A DNA stretch of 64,000 bases from Eledone cirrhosa (taxonomy: Eukaryota). The stretch is taken from the NCBI GenBank assembly GCA_964016885.1, contig OZ024744.1, positions 69,192,001-69,256,000 of the forward strand. Reading direction: 5' to 3'. Under the pieces are notes generated by a model, which was not told the DNA's origin, searched no databases, and saw only the letters and a list, made by a program, of their open reading frames with translations. The translations under genes were made by a program, and so were the position numbers. Below are positions 10,501 to 21,698 of this stretch, one piece after another (the stretch's first letter is position 1; the number at the start of each line of letters is the position of its first letter).

Positions 10501-13470
10501 TTGTGATCTGATTAGGCGACCGTTTTATAAATTGGGCAGCCTACACTATTTCTATCTATTTTCCTAGTGAAGATTCTGTCTATATACGATCTACATGACC
10601 CTATGCGGTTGGTCCACGTCCACACTGGCGATTTGGGGGAAATCTAGTCGATACCTTTCAGACAGTTGGAACTGACTGATTAGGTGTTTTTCACCCCCTC
10701 ACCTATCAGCTACTCCCACACAATCCCAGCGTGCGTCTAAGATGCCGTTCCAGTCCCCCGCTAACAGTAGAGGGCGAGACGTACCCAGAAAGGTTTCCAG
10801 GCGCCTAAATAAGTCCGGTCGTCCGGCTCCAGTAGAGGCGTAGACGGCCAGCAGTCTAAAGACACCACATTCGCTACTGCTCTCATCCAGGACCACCAAC
10901 TTACCGTCCTGGTCCCGGAAGATCGACCTTACCTTGAGATCCAGACCTTTCCTAAACAGCACTTCCACCCCACCTCCCATTCCCGGCCTGCTAACAGATA
11001 CGAATATCTGATAGTCGTCGAAAATGGGAGCTAATGCGCGCGTGTCGGAAATCCTGGTCTCGCTGATGGCAATCACATCCATTTCCATAGACCTGAGGTC
11101 GTTAAGCAAGCGACCCTGCTTCCAGGCCGCGAACATTTAAACGTCCTACTCTTAATATGGCCATGTTGGCAAGCTGAAAGAAAGAGGGAAGGTTTACTTA
11201 CCTCCCGGGGTCTTGTGAAGGTCGGGTGGTTCGACCTCCATGGTTGGTGGGGTTTCTTTTGGGAACCCCTTTAAAAGTTTTTATGTGAGTTTCACGTTCG
11301 GGGTTCCCACGTCTTGAGGAAATCTCTCTCGAATTTCTTTGTAGGAATTGAGCGACATTCGCACCAGAAGCAAATATTCTGGCACGCAAACTGTGTTCAG
11401 TTCTAAGATCTCCCCCTCTGTTTGGATGTCCTCGCTTCGTGCTAAGAGGGCCATCAATTTATCGTTGGCCCTTCTGACAAGCACGAAGTTCTTAACATTT
11501 TGTTGGTGAGGTTTTATTTATTTTCGTTTTGGTGACTGGTGGTGATGGTTTTGGTGGTGTTGTTTCGGGTATGTCTGTGTTTGTTGTAGGCGTGGTGTCT
11601 GCAATTTCAGGTGTCTGTGTGTTTATTTCTTCTTGTGTTTGTTTAGGTTGTTTGTGTTTCGGGGATTGTGGAGGTGGTGTCGATGTTGCTGATGGTGCTG
11701 ATGTTATTGGGGAAGTGTTTGCGTTAGTGGTGTCTGTATTTTTTGTTGTGTATATTTTTGTGTTTTGTTGGGGGCATTTTTTTTGTGGGGTGAGTTTTCT
11801 CTTTTGTTTTTTGGCACTTTTGGGGTTTCCTTCATCTTCACTGCTGGAAGACAAAGGAACTGTGGCTGTGAGTGTATCTGCGTCTGTGTGTGCATTTATT
11901 GTTTTGTCTATGTGTATAATTGGAGGGGTAGGGGGAGTGGGAGAGTTTTCCTCGTTTTCCCCTTGGATTGGTTTTGGTGTTAGTGGTGATCCGACTGTTT
12001 TGATATTGGTGGAGTTACCCGTGTCATTGTTGGTGTTGTTTTTGGTGGTGGTGGTGGTGGTGGTGGTGGTGGTGGTGGTGGTACAACTTTCCGTGCTGAC
12101 ACTAGTGTTGGCAACAAAGGAGGTTTGCGACACCCTGCATTTTTGAGCTGAGGGCAGAAGGCTTGCACATAAGTTGCTTCCCCGCAGACGAAGCAGTGCG
12201 GTCTTCTTCCCTCAGCGATTATTTGGATTGTTGTCCCGTCCTGCAGGCGGGCAAAATCCGGTATGTTGTTCATGTCCTCTGGTTTCATTTGGAGAGAAAT
12301 CTCCGAATCCATTCCGGACCAGTCTTCTCTCTCTGTCCTTTTGATATCCCCTCCTCGATTACGCATCCCAGGAGCCACCATATGTTCATTCCTGGTGGGA
12401 TCCTGGGAATGCGGACCTTTACTGTCCTTTTGCCCATGTAGGACGGGTGCATGATAATGCGTTCCGTTCTGCAGTGGGTCACCGAGTGCTTAATAGCAAG
12501 GGCCTCGGTTTTGAACAGAGATGGTACCGAACTGCTTGGCCCTTGCTTTATACTCGATGTCACTTCCGATGCACTTCAAAGCAGCCTCAACCTCTGCTAG
12601 GCTGGCAATTTCCACTTTGCGTGTCTGCACTGAAATGCATCGAAAGTACACCGTCCTCCTTTGCATGGCCGTTATTGGCCTGTCTGGGATGGTCAGGTTT
12701 GCCCAGGACTTGTCTCGTTTAATTAACCTCCACGCCTGGGCCAACTGTTCGTCTTTATCGCTAATATCAACATTCAATAAGAGCTTTGTTTTCGCTGCTG
12801 CCTCTGCAAAGGTGGTGCCTCTGTTGCTCTTGTTGTTGGTATTGTCGTTCTTGCTGTTGTTGGTGGTGTTTCTGTTGTTGTTTTGTTTGTTGTTGCTGTT
12901 GCCACCGCCATCCATGTTTACATTGAGGCTATCGCTGTTATTGTCGTTGTTGTTCTGAATTGTTGTTGTTGTTGTGGTGGTGATGGTGGTGGCGGTTGTG
13001 GTGGTGGTGGTGGTGGTGGTGGTGGTGGTGGTGGTGGTGGTGGTGGTGGTGGTGGTGGTGGTGGTGGTGGTGGTGGTGGTGGTGGTGGTGGTGGTGGTGG
13101 TGGTGGTGGTGGTGGTGGTGGTGGTGGTGGTGGTAGTGATGTCGTTTTGAGATGATACTGCTACTATCACAGAAAGGAGCGGTTGTGATGGTAACTTTTG
13201 TGTTTGGGCTTCACATTCAGTGGAATGGTCGACAGACATGTCTGTAGTAGTAGTAGTTGTGGTGAGATCTACAGTGGCTGCTTTTGAACTTTTGACCTGA
13301 ACGTTGTTTACCGTTTCAAGGTCGAAAATTCCATTTTTTTTTTTTTGGTGGGGAAGCGATTTTTTCGAAGTTTTTAAAAATAAATCTGAATATTCGGGCT
13401 TAAAGCCCGAATATTGAGAGGTCTCCCGTCCTTGGAACCAAGGTGGATACCTTATGGTTCGTTAACGACA
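7585..13470 (-). mobile_element. Tx1-clade LINE, ~5.9 kb, ORF1 + ORF2, heavily frameshifted (copy T1, a distinct subfamily)
   Basis: ORF1 fragments (13239-11200) include a degenerate zinc knuckle CFVCGEATYVQAFC and Thr/Asn tracts. ORF2 fragments give APE ISETRI and LAGDWNG, GPGYWKLN, RT SAYADD, and C-terminal CPRC..H..C. The 3' end is AATAAATGAAATC. Confidence 0.9.
12998..13135. repeat. (GGT)n microsatellite inside Tx1 ORF1, encoding poly-Thr
   Basis: About 45 GGT units, in frame in ORF 12490-13239 (-). Confidence 0.95.
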
Positions 13471-13780
13471 GGTACTATCTCAAAAAGTTTCCAGGGATGG
13501 TTAAAGAAAATTGGCCCAGCCCCGCTTTTTGGAACACTTCAAAAGGCATGCTTGCTGGGAGCAGCAAGAACCCTCCGATACGTCCTGAATATCTGAGGCT
13601 GCAGGTAGTGGCTTGATATTCATTTCAACAAACTTTCCAGTTAAATAACATCAATGACTGAGACTCTGGGAACAGCAAGAACCCTCCGATACGTCCTGAA
13701 TATCTGAGGCTGCAGGTAGTAGCTTGATATTCATTCCAACAAACTTTCCAGTTAACTAACATCAATGACTGAGACTCAAG
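13471..13780 (+). mobile_element. R4/Dong-type LINE 3' fragment with a tandemly duplicated 3' end
   Basis: Matches the terminal ~190 bp of the element at 15650-19260. The last ~110 bp repeat (13667-13780), followed by (AAT)n. Confidence 0.9.
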
Positions 13781-13790
13781 GAGTAATAAC

Positions 13791-13849
<59 letters not shown>

Positions 13850-14416
13850 GGGCTGGAGACACGATGTGATGGGCAGGGTGATCCACTGGCACCTGTGCAA
13901 AGTAAACAATCTACCACATTCTGAGAAATGGTATGAGCATAGGCCAGAGGCGGTGATGGAGAACAGTCAGGTGAAGGTGCGGTGGGATTTTAGGATACAG
14001 ACGGACAAAAAACTGGAACACAATAGACCTGACCTGGTGGTTGTGGACAAAGAAAAAAGATCGTGCCTGATTGTGGATGTGGCCTGCCCGTTCGACACGA
14101 GAGTGCAAGAGAAGGAGAGGGAGAAAATTAACCGATACCAGGACCTAAAGTGGGAGGTGAAAAGGATTTGGAACTGCCATGAAGTCAAAGTGATCCCGAT
14201 TGTCATAGGCGCACTGGGGACTATCTCCAAAGGTTTCCAGGGATGGTTAAAGAAAATCGGCCCCTTCACGCTTTTTGGAACGCTTCAAAAGGCATGCTTG
14301 CTTGGAACGGCAAGAACCCTCCGATACGTCCTGAATATCTGAGGCTGCAGGTAGTGGCTTGATATTCAATCCAACGGACTTTCCAGTTAACCAACATCAA
14401 TGACTGAGATTCAAGG

Positions 14417-14417
<1 letters not shown>
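13850..14417 (+). mobile_element. R4/Dong-type LINE, 5'-truncated (RLE domain only)
   Basis: RHD..HNRPDLVVVD..IVDVACP..EKINRY. Flanked by (AAT)n at 13784-13849 and 14417-14558. Confidence 0.92.
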
Positions 14418-14558
<141 letters not shown>

Positions 14559-15649
14559 GGGAGAAGACACACGTGGTGGATAGAAGGTCGTGAAATCGCT
14601 CCCGTAAGTTTTGAATTTTTATCATATTTAAATCATTTGTGAAATAACAACTCTTAGTACAAATGTTACGTAAAGCATCCGGCTTGAGCCCCAAACAAAT
14701 TCGGACCCAAAATATATTGTTATAAGGCTCAAATATTCAAATATTCAACTTTGTATTGTACATTGTATATTCAAAAAAGAAAATGGCTATAAATGGAAGA
14801 AGAAGAAGAAGAACCCCCCTCCTCTGTCTACACTATATAGAACAGCCAAACAACACCAATCTCACCAACACCAGAAACTAGATACACCACCTACCCCATC
14901 ACCTCTCTGTGTACACTAAACACAACAGCCAGATAACGGCAACTACACCACCACCACAATCAATCTCAACATAATAATGATAATAATAAATACTATTATT
15001 ATTGTCCCAAGTTTTAACAAAATGTTTAATTCGAACATTAAGGGAATTTATGTCAACACATGTACGCGACTAACCCCATAGATTCACCGAACGGACATCA
15101 GTAACGACAACGCCATCACTACAGTCACCGCCGCCGCCGCCCATCCATCATTACTACCACTATCCCATCACCGCCGCCACCACTCCTTCATTGCTACCAC
15201 CGCTACAACACCATCACTACAGTAATACGATCACATCATCACCACCACTGCCTCAGTATCGACATCACCACCACCACTGCCTCAGTATCGCTACCGCCGC
15301 TATTCTCTCCCATTGCTTCCTGCTAGTTGCTGCTAGCACAGCACTGCCACCACATTATAGAATCCCTACTAAAAAAGAGGAAGGCATCAAAATATATAGA
15401 TAGACTCAAAAGAAAAAACAAAAATCAAAACCAAAGCAGCAAAGCAACAACAACAAAAAAAACAAACAGAGAAAAACAGAAACAAAAAAACGTAAAGAAA
15501 ATAAGAATGAAGAGAGAAACAAGCGGACGGACAGAGAAGAGAAGGGAAAAACTAAGTCAGACATTCGAACACTACATTACAATGAAACTTATGCTTATTC
15601 ATTTTGGGGGTTTTTTCTGCCTGTTTGTTTGTTTGTATATTTGTGTTCG

Positions 15650-18600
15650 TCTACAGCGTGGTGATAATGCCACACAAGAGCCAAGTGGAGCAACGCAACC
15701 ACCGGAGACGGTGAATCCACAGAAGGTTATGTAACCATACATTCGCCAATCCTCGATAAGAGTATTTAAATATCGAACCTAAACAGTTCGAATAACGGTG
15801 AAATGGAGACTAGAATGTCATGTGACCGACTCTCACCCAACAGGTGCTCCCTGGCTCAGCAGCAGGGACCTGGCTGTCAACCAAATACTGCTGGTGTCGG
15901 AGGAAGAAGAAGAAGGAAAGGGACCAGAACCAACTGGACGAAAGAATTGAATAGAACTGTTATGCAATGTTACCTGAAAAGTAACCCCAAGGAGAAGGGC
16001 TATAGGAGACGGATGCATAACATCTGGAACGAGATTGGACTATTTAAATTAGATGAACAAAAATTGGCCGGGCAGGCTCGGGTAATAAGAACTAATGGGT
16101 GGATAAACGAGCTGGAACTGAAGGAACTGAGCAGAGATGGAGGGTGGAGTATGCCAGGCAAACGAGCCAGTGGGAAATGAAGGTGAAGAGGTCGAGAGAA
16201 CGGAGGAACCACCCGAAGCAGACAATGATCTGAATACTGAGATAAATAATACCTGGAACAGAGATACGGCCACTGAGGAGATGAATGCTGACGGGCTAGG
16301 ACAAGATTCGGTTGACATCCTAAATTTAGTGGTAGATGAATTGAACAATGATAGTGGGAGACCTATGAACCTAAGATTTGTAGACAGGAAAAAGTTAAAA
16401 GAAACAACAGCTAAGGTAAACAAAGTCATCCCATACCTTGAGGCGAGGAGCCTTCACCAGTGCAACAATATCCTCAAAGCAACAGCAAATACAGTGAGGA
16501 AACTACTTGGTATAAAAGCGAGAGGAAACAACAGACAAGAAAGAGCAGAACCTTGGTAGAAGAAACGACTGAGTGGTCAAATCAGGGAAATGAGAAATGA
16601 CATTGGAAAGCTTGAGTCACTACTGAATGGGACACTAAAAAACATAGACACTAAAAATAGACTGGAAATAAAGTACAAAACTAGGAGGAAAAAGATAAAT
16701 ATTATCATAGAGGAACTGAAGCAACGTATTGTAGCAAAGAGTGCAAAAATCAGGCGATACCAGAGCAGAGTCAGTCAGTATAAACAGAACCGCATGTTCG
16801 ACAACAACCAGAAGATGCTGTTTGGACAGCTTGAGGGGAAAGAAAGAGACAACGACGTGATCCCTAAGGCGGAACAAACTAAAACATTCTGGAGAGGAAT
16901 ATGGGTGCAGGATGTTAGACATAATGACCAGGCAGTGTGGATTGAGACAGTACAGAGGAAGATCGGTGAGCAGGCACACCAACAAACTGATTTGAGTATC
17001 ACAGTTGAAACTCTTAAGGGCAGGCCAAAAAACTAACCAACTGGAAATCACCAGGCCCAGATGGTGTGCAGGGGTATTGGATTAAAAATATAACATCCCT
17101 CCACCCGAAACTGGCAACCATGTTCAATGACTGCTTGATGTCAGGTGAGGTACCAGAGTATTTGATAAAAGGTACCACAGTTCTGATAATGAAAGACCGA
17201 ATCAAGGGTAATGATGTTACCAACTATAGACCTATCACATGTCTGTCCGTAATGTGGAAACTGTTGACGAGCATTGTGTCTGAGGAAATCTACCATCACC
17301 TCCACACAAACAACTTGTTACCGGACGAACAGAAAGGATGCCGAAAGAAGTCACGTGGTACAAAGGACCAGTTACTTATTGATAAGATGGTAATGGGGAA
17401 TTGCAGGAGGAGACACACTGATCTTGCCATGGGATGGATAGACTACAGAAAGGCATTTGACATGGTGCCTCATTCTTGGATCACCAAAAGCCTGGAGATC
17501 TTCAATGTGGCAGATAACATCAGACAGTTGTTCGGCAAGAGTATGAGGTCCTGGGAAACAGAGTTGACATCAACTGGAGAATCCTTGGGAAGCGTGAAGA
17601 TCAAGAGAGGTATCTTCCAGGGAGATAGTCTGTCCCCTCTGTTGTTTGTCCTTGCCCTGATGCCCCTGACCAGTGTACTGCGAAAAGTGAGAGCAGGATA
17701 CGGGTTGGGAAAGGGAGGGCTTACCATCAATCACCTCCTCTTCATGGACGATCTTAAGCTCTTCGGGAAGAGTGAGAAGGAGTTGGATGTGCTTGTTGAC
17801 ACTGTCCGTATTTTCAGCAGGGATATATGTATGCAGTTTGGTATTAGTAAGTGTGGAGTCATTGTGATGAGGAGGGGTAGGTTGAGCAGAAGTAACGGAA
17901 TCCAGATACAAACAGGTGAGATGATAAAGGAAATTGACTCTGAGGAAGGATACAAGTATTTGGGCGTTCTGGAGGCTGATGGCATAAAGAACAAAAAATT
18001 GAAGGAATTGTTAAGAACTGAATACATTCGAAGAGTAAGGAGTGTATTGAAGTCAGATCTGAACAGCAGAAATAGAAATGCCATAAGCGCAGTAAATTCC
18101 CGAGCTGTGTCTATTATTAGGTACAGTGCGGGAATTCTGAGATGGAATGTTGCTGAACAAAAAGAAATGGATAGGAAGACTAGGAAGCTATTGACTATCT
18201 ACAACATGTTCCACAAGAGGAGTGATGTCGATAGACTCTACCTAAGGAGATCTGAGGGTGGAAGAGGTCTTATCAGCATAGAGGACTGTGTTCAGATGGA
18301 GAAAAACAACCTACACAAATACATGACTGATAGTAAGGAGCCAATGCTCAGAACTGTACTGAAGGAGGGGACAATAGGCCAGGGGATGTCCAAGGAGGAA
18401 ATAACATCAAGGAGAAAGAGCAGCCTTCAGGAAAAATCCCTTCATAGTACCTTCTTTGAGAAAACTGAATTTAGAGATCCACAGACATGGAACTGGTTGA
18501 AAAGAGGAGACCTTAAAAAGGCTTCAGAAGGAATGTTAATGGCTGCGCAGGAGCAGGCCCTCAAAACGAAGTGGTTGAAACATCATATTTACAAGGAGGA

Positions 18601-19259
18601 GGCTCGCCCACTGTGCAGGATCTGTGGAGAGAGAGAGGAGACTGTGGCTCACATTGTATCCGAGTGTAAACACCTAACCCAGACCCACTATAAGGGCTGG
18701 AGACATGATGTGATGGGCAGGGTGATCCACTGGCACCTGTGCAAAGTAAACAATTTACCACATTCTGAGAAATGGTATGTGCATAAGCCAAAGGCGGTGA
18801 TGGAGTACGATCAGGTGAAGGTGTTGTGGGATTTTAGGATACAGAGGGACAAGAAACTGGAACACAATAGACCTGACCTGGTGGTTTTGGACAAAGAAAA
18901 AAGATCGTGTCTGATTGTGGATGTGGCCTGCCCATTCGACACGAGAGTTCAAGAGAAGGAGAGGGAGAAAATTAACCGATACCAGGACTTAAAGTGGGAG
19001 GTAAAAAGGACTTGGAACTGCCATGAAGTCAAAGTGATCCCGATTGTCATAGGCGCACTGGGAACTATCTCCAAAAGTTTCCAGGGATGGTTAAAGAAAA
19101 TCGGCCCCTTCACGCTTTTTGGAACGCTTCAAAAGGCATGCTTGCTGGGAACAGCAAGAACCCTCCGATACGTCCTGAATATCTGAGGCTGCAGGTAGTG
19201 GCTTGATATTCATTCCAACGGACTTTCCAGTTAACTAACATCAATGACTGAGATTCAAG

Positions 19260-19260
<1 letters not shown>
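15650..19260 (+). mobile_element. R4/Dong-clade non-LTR retrotransposon (RT + CCHC + PD-(D/E)xK RLE), near full length (copy D1)
   Basis: Single ORF 15803-19186 broken by two frameshifts and one stop. Motifs NYRPITCL, GIFQGDSLSPLLF, HLLFMDDLKL, CRIC..ETVAHIVSEC, RHD and RPDLVV..DVACP. Ends in (AAT)n. Dong elements are known to target TAA repeats. The 5' boundary is approximate. Confidence 0.92.
17066..19186 (+). CDS. RT-RLE polyprotein, 706-aa open segment of D1
   Basis: Uninterrupted RT, zinc knuckle and RLE motifs. The N-terminal part lies in upstream broken frames. Confidence 0.85.
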   Translation: MQGYWIKNITSLHPKLATMFNDCLMSGEVPEYLIKGTTVLIMKDRIKGNDVTNYRPITCLSVMWKLLTSIVSEEIYHHLHTNNLLPDEQKGCRKKSRGTKDQLLIDKMVMGNCRRRHTDLAMGWIDYRKAFDMVPHSWITKSLEIFNVADNIRQLFGKSMRSWETELTSTGESLGSVKIKRGIFQGDSLSPLLFVLALMPLTSVLRKVRAGYGLGKGGLTINHLLFMDDLKLFGKSEKELDVLVDTVRIFSRDICMQFGISKCGVIVMRRGRLSRSNGIQIQTGEMIKEIDSEEGYKYLGVLEADGIKNKKLKELLRTEYIRRVRSVLKSDLNSRNRNAISAVNSRAVSIIRYSAGILRWNVAEQKEMDRKTRKLLTIYNMFHKRSDVDRLYLRRSEGGRGLISIEDCVQMEKNNLHKYMTDSKEPMLRTVLKEGTIGQGMSKEEITSRRKSSLQEKSLHSTFFEKTEFRDPQTWNWLKRGDLKKASEGMLMAAQEQALKTKWLKHHIYKEEARPLCRICGEREETVAHIVSECKHLTQTHYKGWRHDVMGRVIHWHLCKVNNLPHSEKWYVHKPKAVMEYDQVKVLWDFRIQRDKKLEHNRPDLVVLDKEKRSCLIVDVACPFDTRVQEKEREKINRYQDLKWEVKRTWNCHEVKVIPIVIGALGTISKSFQGWLKKIGPFTLFGTLQKACLLGTARTLRYVLNI

Positions 19261-19335
<75 letters not shown>
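19261..19335. repeat. (AAT)n shared by the D1 3' end and the T2 3' end (tail to tail)
   Basis: About 25 units between ...GAGATTCAAGG and GATTTCTTTATT. Confidence 0.97.
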
Positions 19336-19337
<2 letters not shown>

Positions 19338-19595
19338 TTTCTTTATTAACCACAAGGGTTTACATAAAGTAGACATTAAGGACAGTGCAGGACAATGCAG
19401 GACGGTACAAAACGGTACAAATGGGCATTTCTGCGTGTAAAAAACAAAAACAGAGGATGTAACAAAAAATAACAATGAAAAATTCCCCAATAGGGGGGAG
19501 ACTTCGGAGGGACATTTGTGGAGAAAGCCCAGTAAAAAGCCACAATGACCCTGACCACCAAGGCAAGTGCCCTCTCCCAGTTTTCCACCTTTAAT

Positions 19596-21698
19596 TTACA
19601 GATATATGCTCAGAGTAGGCCCATTCACTCGGGCCATTCTTGCTTCTCTCACCCATCTTTCAACAAAATGCTGGGAAGAGAGCACTTCCCTCTCTACTCT
19701 GATTTTCCTTTTCAAATGAAATTTGAAAAAGTCAATCAGAGCATCACCGAAGAGGTAAGTGCTCGTCTTCAGCCCTTTCAAACGTGTCCACCATACTATC
19801 TCTTTCGCCATGGCCACCAGGCAGATAAAAACTGCCTGCCCTTCCCGGCTAAAGGAGGAGGGCGGGGCAATCCTCACGATGGACTCAGATGATAGCCGGA
19901 TCCGTCCTAAACGCGACAGCAGGTGTTCGACATAAACCCACAAGTCAGCAATTTTCGGACACTGGACGAGTGCGTGCAGGACGGTTTCGTCGCCCTGCGC
20001 GCATCTCGGACATGCCCGGCTGACGGCACCTCCATGCCTGTAGAGTTTATCCCGAACTGGCAAGGCTCCTCGGTAGCACTGCCAGGCCAGAGATTTCTGG
20101 AAGTTGTCCATAGGCCCTGGCCCGAAAGTTCTTCCGAAGAGATTGGCTAGTTGATTTTCGTCGACGCCTAGAGTTTCCCCAAGTACGTCGTCGCTCTTCC
20201 CCTCCACTAATCCTCTATAGAACGCCGAGGTGGAGTTTCCACCGATCACATTGCCCGATTGGTCGAGGGCTGTGAGCGCCTGAAGACATTCCAGTCTCCA
20301 GGCGCTCCCTCTCGGTCTTCGCTTGACCCAGGACTGCAGCTCCGTCAAGGAAACGAGCTGGGGAAACACGCGTCTAGCAAACGGCGACCACACCTGATCA
20401 CCGTCGAGGAAGAGGTGGAGATGTCGTAGCCTGAGCGCGTGCCTGCGCATCATCAGCCACGGCATGCCCAGCCCTCCACGTAGCGGGTGTTGACAACAGA
20501 TGGACCGCCTGACCATCGGAGCGCGTCCCTTCCACAAAAAGCGAAAGAGCAAACGCTCCAGCACAGTCAGGCGAGGCTTAGGACAAGGTACGACGGTCAG
20601 GCGGTAGCAGATGACGGACGCGATGTACGCGTTAGCCACCTCCGCTCGACCTTTCAGGGATAGCTTCCTCTCGGCCCATTTCTGGGTGAGAGAAGCCACC
20701 CTGCTCGTCACCTCGTCCCAGTTTTTGTCCGTCTGGAGGTCCGGACCGAACCAGACCCCTAGCAATTTAACCGGTCCGGCCGTCCAGCGTCTGACGACGC
20801 TGTTGGACGGCATGGTCCTGCCTCTCCAGGTGCCGAGCTGCAGGCCCACTGACTTTTCCTGGTTGATCATTGCTCCTGTCACCGCTTCGTATTCTCTTAG
20901 TGTAGTACAGATCGCCTCGATGTGTTTGGCGTTCGACACCACTACGGGGACATCGTCCGCATATGCTGACACGGATCTTCCGCATCCTAATTCGCGCGGG
21001 ACGCCCCTCAACGTCTCCAGTTTGTGCAGTAATGGCCCGAGAGTCAATACGTACAAGAGGGACGAGAGGGGACATCCTTGGCGGACCGAGCGCATGATGT
21101 TGAACGGTTCCGACAGGTGACCGTTCACTCTCACCACAGAGCAGATGTCGCTGTGCATGGCAGCGATCCAGCCTCTGAAGACGGGCCCAAAGCCAGCCGC
21201 CCTCCGGACTGCTGCTAGGTAACGATGGTCGACCCTATCGAAAGCTTTCGACTGATCTAAATTGATCAAGGACTCACCCGTGCCAGGTTCCCTAGCTACC
21301 CTCTCTACGATGTATCGCATGAGGTGGAGGTTGTCGTGGATGGATTTGTCGGGAATGGCGCATGTCTGCGCCTCTCCCACCAGACCACCAACGACAAGCG
21401 CCAACCTCTTTGCTAGCACCTTGGCCAAAATCTTGAACTCTGTGTTTAGCAGAGTCATGGGTCGGAAATTATCTATGTTATCCCCCTTGTTCGGATCCTT
21501 TCTCAGCAGTGCCACCGATCCTCGGCTCACAGAACTGGGAATTCTCCCGTTCTGTAGCCAGTTGCAGTAGACGTCCGCCAAGAGGCCTCCGAACAAGTCT
21601 GGCATCTGTACGTAAAGTTCATAGGGCAGACCATCCAAAGGCGATTTACCCCTTGTGCCTCCCTTACTTCGGCGGCTGTTATCGGCTTTTCGCAACAC
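19596..21698 (-). CDS. Tx1 ORF2 RT/C-terminal segment
   Basis: SPLDGLPYELY, NFRPMTLLN, DQSKAFDRV, RQGCPLS, YADD and a CCHC motif. Confidence 0.85.
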   Translation of the reverse strand: MLRKADNSRRSKGGTRGKSPLDGLPYELYVQMPDLFGGLLADVYCNWLQNGRIPSSVSRGSVALLRKDPNKGDNIDNFRPMTLLNTEFKILAKVLAKRLALVVGGLVGEAQTCAIPDKSIHDNLHLMRYIVERVAREPGTGESLINLDQSKAFDRVDHRYLAAVRRAAGFGPVFRGWIAAMHSDICSVVRVNGHLSEPFNIMRSVRQGCPLSSLLYVLTLGPLLHKLETLRGVPRELGCGRSVSAYADDVPVVVSNAKHIEAICTTLREYEAVTGAMINQEKSVGLQLGTWRGRTMPSNSVVRRWTAGPVKLLGVWFGPDLQTDKNWDEVTSRVASLTQKWAERKLSLKGRAEVANAYIASVICYRLTVVPCPKPRLTVLERLLFRFLWKGRAPMVRRSICCQHPLRGGLGMPWLMMRRHALRLRHLHLFLDGDQVWSPFARRVFPQLVSLTELQSWVKRRPRGSAWRLECLQALTALDQSGNVIGGNSTSAFYRGLVEGKSDDVLGETLGVDENQLANLFGRTFGPGPMDNFQKSLAWQCYRGALPVRDKLYRHGGAVSRACPRCAQGDETVLHALVQCPKIADLWVYVEHLLSRLGRIRLSSESIVRIAPPSSFSREGQAVFICLVAMAKEIVWWTRLKGLKTSTYLFGDALIDFFKFHLKRKIRVEREVLSSQHFVERWVREARMARVNGPTLSIYL

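Noticed and set aside
15650-15805. HDV-like ribozyme at the Dong 5' end
   Set aside because: Several hairpins and a TCCTCG are present, but I could not assemble the P1/P3/P1.1 pseudoknot.
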